A stretch of 63,959 nucleotides of DNA, counting the filler, from Octopus bimaculoides (Eukaryota): NCBI RefSeq assembly GCF_001194135.2. It is 8 parts of 7 records of this genome, joined end to end, with 100 filler letters (N's around TTAATTAATTAA, not from the genome) between each part and the next. Parts side by side here need not be neighbours in the genome. Positions count along the whole stretch, not along the records: positions 62,353 to 63,959 come from NC_068986.1; 7 more parts are not named here. One strand, written 5' to 3'. The translations under genes were made by a program, and so were the position numbers. Every line of letters starts with the position of its first letter. Position 1 is the stretch's first letter. This document shows, one piece after another, positions 62,253 to 63,959 of this stretch. The notes under the pieces are model-generated. The model was not told the DNA's origin. It made no database searches and saw only the letters and a list, made by a program, of their open reading frames with translations.

Positions 62253-63806
62253 NNNNNNNNNNNNNNNNNNNNNNNNNNNNNNNNNNNNNNNNNNNNTTAA
62301 TTAATTAANNNNNNNNNNNNNNNNNNNNNNNNNNNNNNNNNNNNNNNNNNNNTATATATATATATATATATATATGCGTGTAGTTTTATATAACATATTT
62401 ACGCTTGTTTGCGTGCATGTGCGTGCACACGCGCGTTTATCATCAGTGGTAATCTCAGATTTAGCTTAGAATGCGTTAAAAGTGTATAATGAATTCAAGA
62501 TGGCAAATAGAGGTCAACTTCAATATTGTTCTTCGAGGAACTTTTTGTTAGAGACACTCGTTCGTTATGATGCTATTAGCTGGTCACAACTAGCGGGGGC
62601 TTCGGTTTTCTTTGGCCTCGATGTATGCAATGTAACCAGTGAGTATACAAAATGTATATGTTGAATAAGGAGAAGAAAAAAACGGGCGAAATGGCGCAAT
62701 ACGTTTTTGTGCAAATGAAAACGTCTTAACTTAAGTTGATGTACGACATTATTGTGATAATCTTTCACACTGTGCGACGAAACATTCATTGTTTTCATCG
62801 AAGAAATTAGAGTAAAATCTCTCTTGCTTATTCCTTATAAAATGAGTTTCAGCCTACAAAAATCTTTTTGTAGAAACATAGCGTGGGATGAAATTTAGTT
62901 TGATGTCATTCTCATACACAACTTGGAATGGTAAACATTGTTAACAATGAAGCAGTAGAATTTCTATAAAAATTGGTGTCAAATTCCAGCTCGGATATCT
63001 AAGGAAAGTATTGGACGAATTTTTAGGAAGAGGATAGGAACGATTGCCCAACGGGTATTGGTGCTTCGTATAAATTAATTAATTAATGAAAATGTATGAA
63101 ACAAACTTTTTCCTATGTTTCTGATGTCTACTAATGTTTGGAAATAAGTGAATAAAGTTTGTTGAGTAAATGGTCTCCTATGAAGATTGTATTAATAACG
63201 CTCCCATTAGAAAGAATGACTTAGTATGGACATTTTGATTGTAAGGAGTATATTACAAATAAAATAAGACAATAGCCATTGATCGTCGTGCAAGAACGTC
63301 GTGGCATCGATAAAGTTGAAAGGGCCGCGATGAAGAAGTAAGCTGCGGGTTTTGACTCAACAAATTAGGATAGAAAGAATTTAATATAGATCAGTAGATC
63401 TTTGTGCTAGGAAGAGGGTATACAAATATCAGAGAAAACGTCTGGTTCACAACGTAGCCGTCCAAGGGTACTTCTCAAATGAATGTACATCCACTTCTGA
63501 AAACCTATGCCTTTTCATTGGCGGTTTGTTTGCAAATACACTATTCATACTTATATACATATATACTTACATACATACATATGTGTATACATGCGAAACT
63601 ACAAATATACATACATACATGCATACATACATACTTAAAAATATCTCTTTGAAAATCAAAGAAAAAGAGGATATCTATAGACATAAAATACAACATATTG
63701 GAGAAATGGAGAAATGGAGAACTGGGTTACGTAGAAACAATTTTAGTGATTGAAGAATAACTGTCCAACCACACTCTTTTTTGTTGACTCCAAATTTTTC
63801 ACTTAC

Positions 63807-63928
63807 CTCTTCACACACGACAGATACTCAAAAACAAACCTGGACGTATGTATAATAATACTACTGGATAGTTCAGGGTGTGACCCGAAAGTGGACCAGC
63901 TTTATACTCTGCTACGTTCTTAACAAAA

Positions 63929-63930
<2 letters not shown>
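63807..63930 (-). other. Candidate non-coding 5' exon of the ZNF gene
   Basis: Consensus donor GAG|GTAAGT (GT at 63806-63805). It could splice to the acceptor ttctttattatttcag (AG at 59465-59464) upstream of the ZNF ORF. The exon start is unknown. Confidence 0.35.

Positions 63931-63959
<29 letters not shown>

Overview
AT-rich, repeat-saturated, gap-rich eukaryotic genomic DNA. I infer an octopus (coleoid cephalopod) draft scaffold from the HCDICGKSFS-type C2H2 fingers, the SINE families and the microsatellite density; this is not proven. The only convincing protein-coding gene is a minus-strand C2H2 zinc-finger gene (57648-59057, 16 fingers). It carries an internal 5-finger duplication and a tail of decayed fingers after a premature stop. 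A weaker two-exon minus-strand gene model lies at 1.0-2.8 kb. The rest is mostly decayed mobile DNA: piggyBac, mariner, maT/DD37D, Tc1, hAT, Tigger-type and piggyBac-type MITEs, a Helitron 3' end, RTE, L1/Tx1, R4/Dong-like and Penelope-like retroelements, and at least four SINE families. The most interesting signal is two hand-folded minimal type I hammerhead ribozyme candidates (16563-16635 and 32684-32754, both minus strand). Each has a palindromic or near-palindromic stem III, as in dimer-type hammerheads, and is followed by a T-rich tract; the second runs on into a (TA)n microsatellite and the first into an N gap. Several decayed look-alikes also occur. Most long ORFs in the supplied track are artefacts of N gaps and microsatellites. 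There are no rRNA genes, true tRNA genes or CRISPR arrays. All coordinates, alignments and folds were done by eye, and element boundaries are approximate unless TIRs or splice sites define them.
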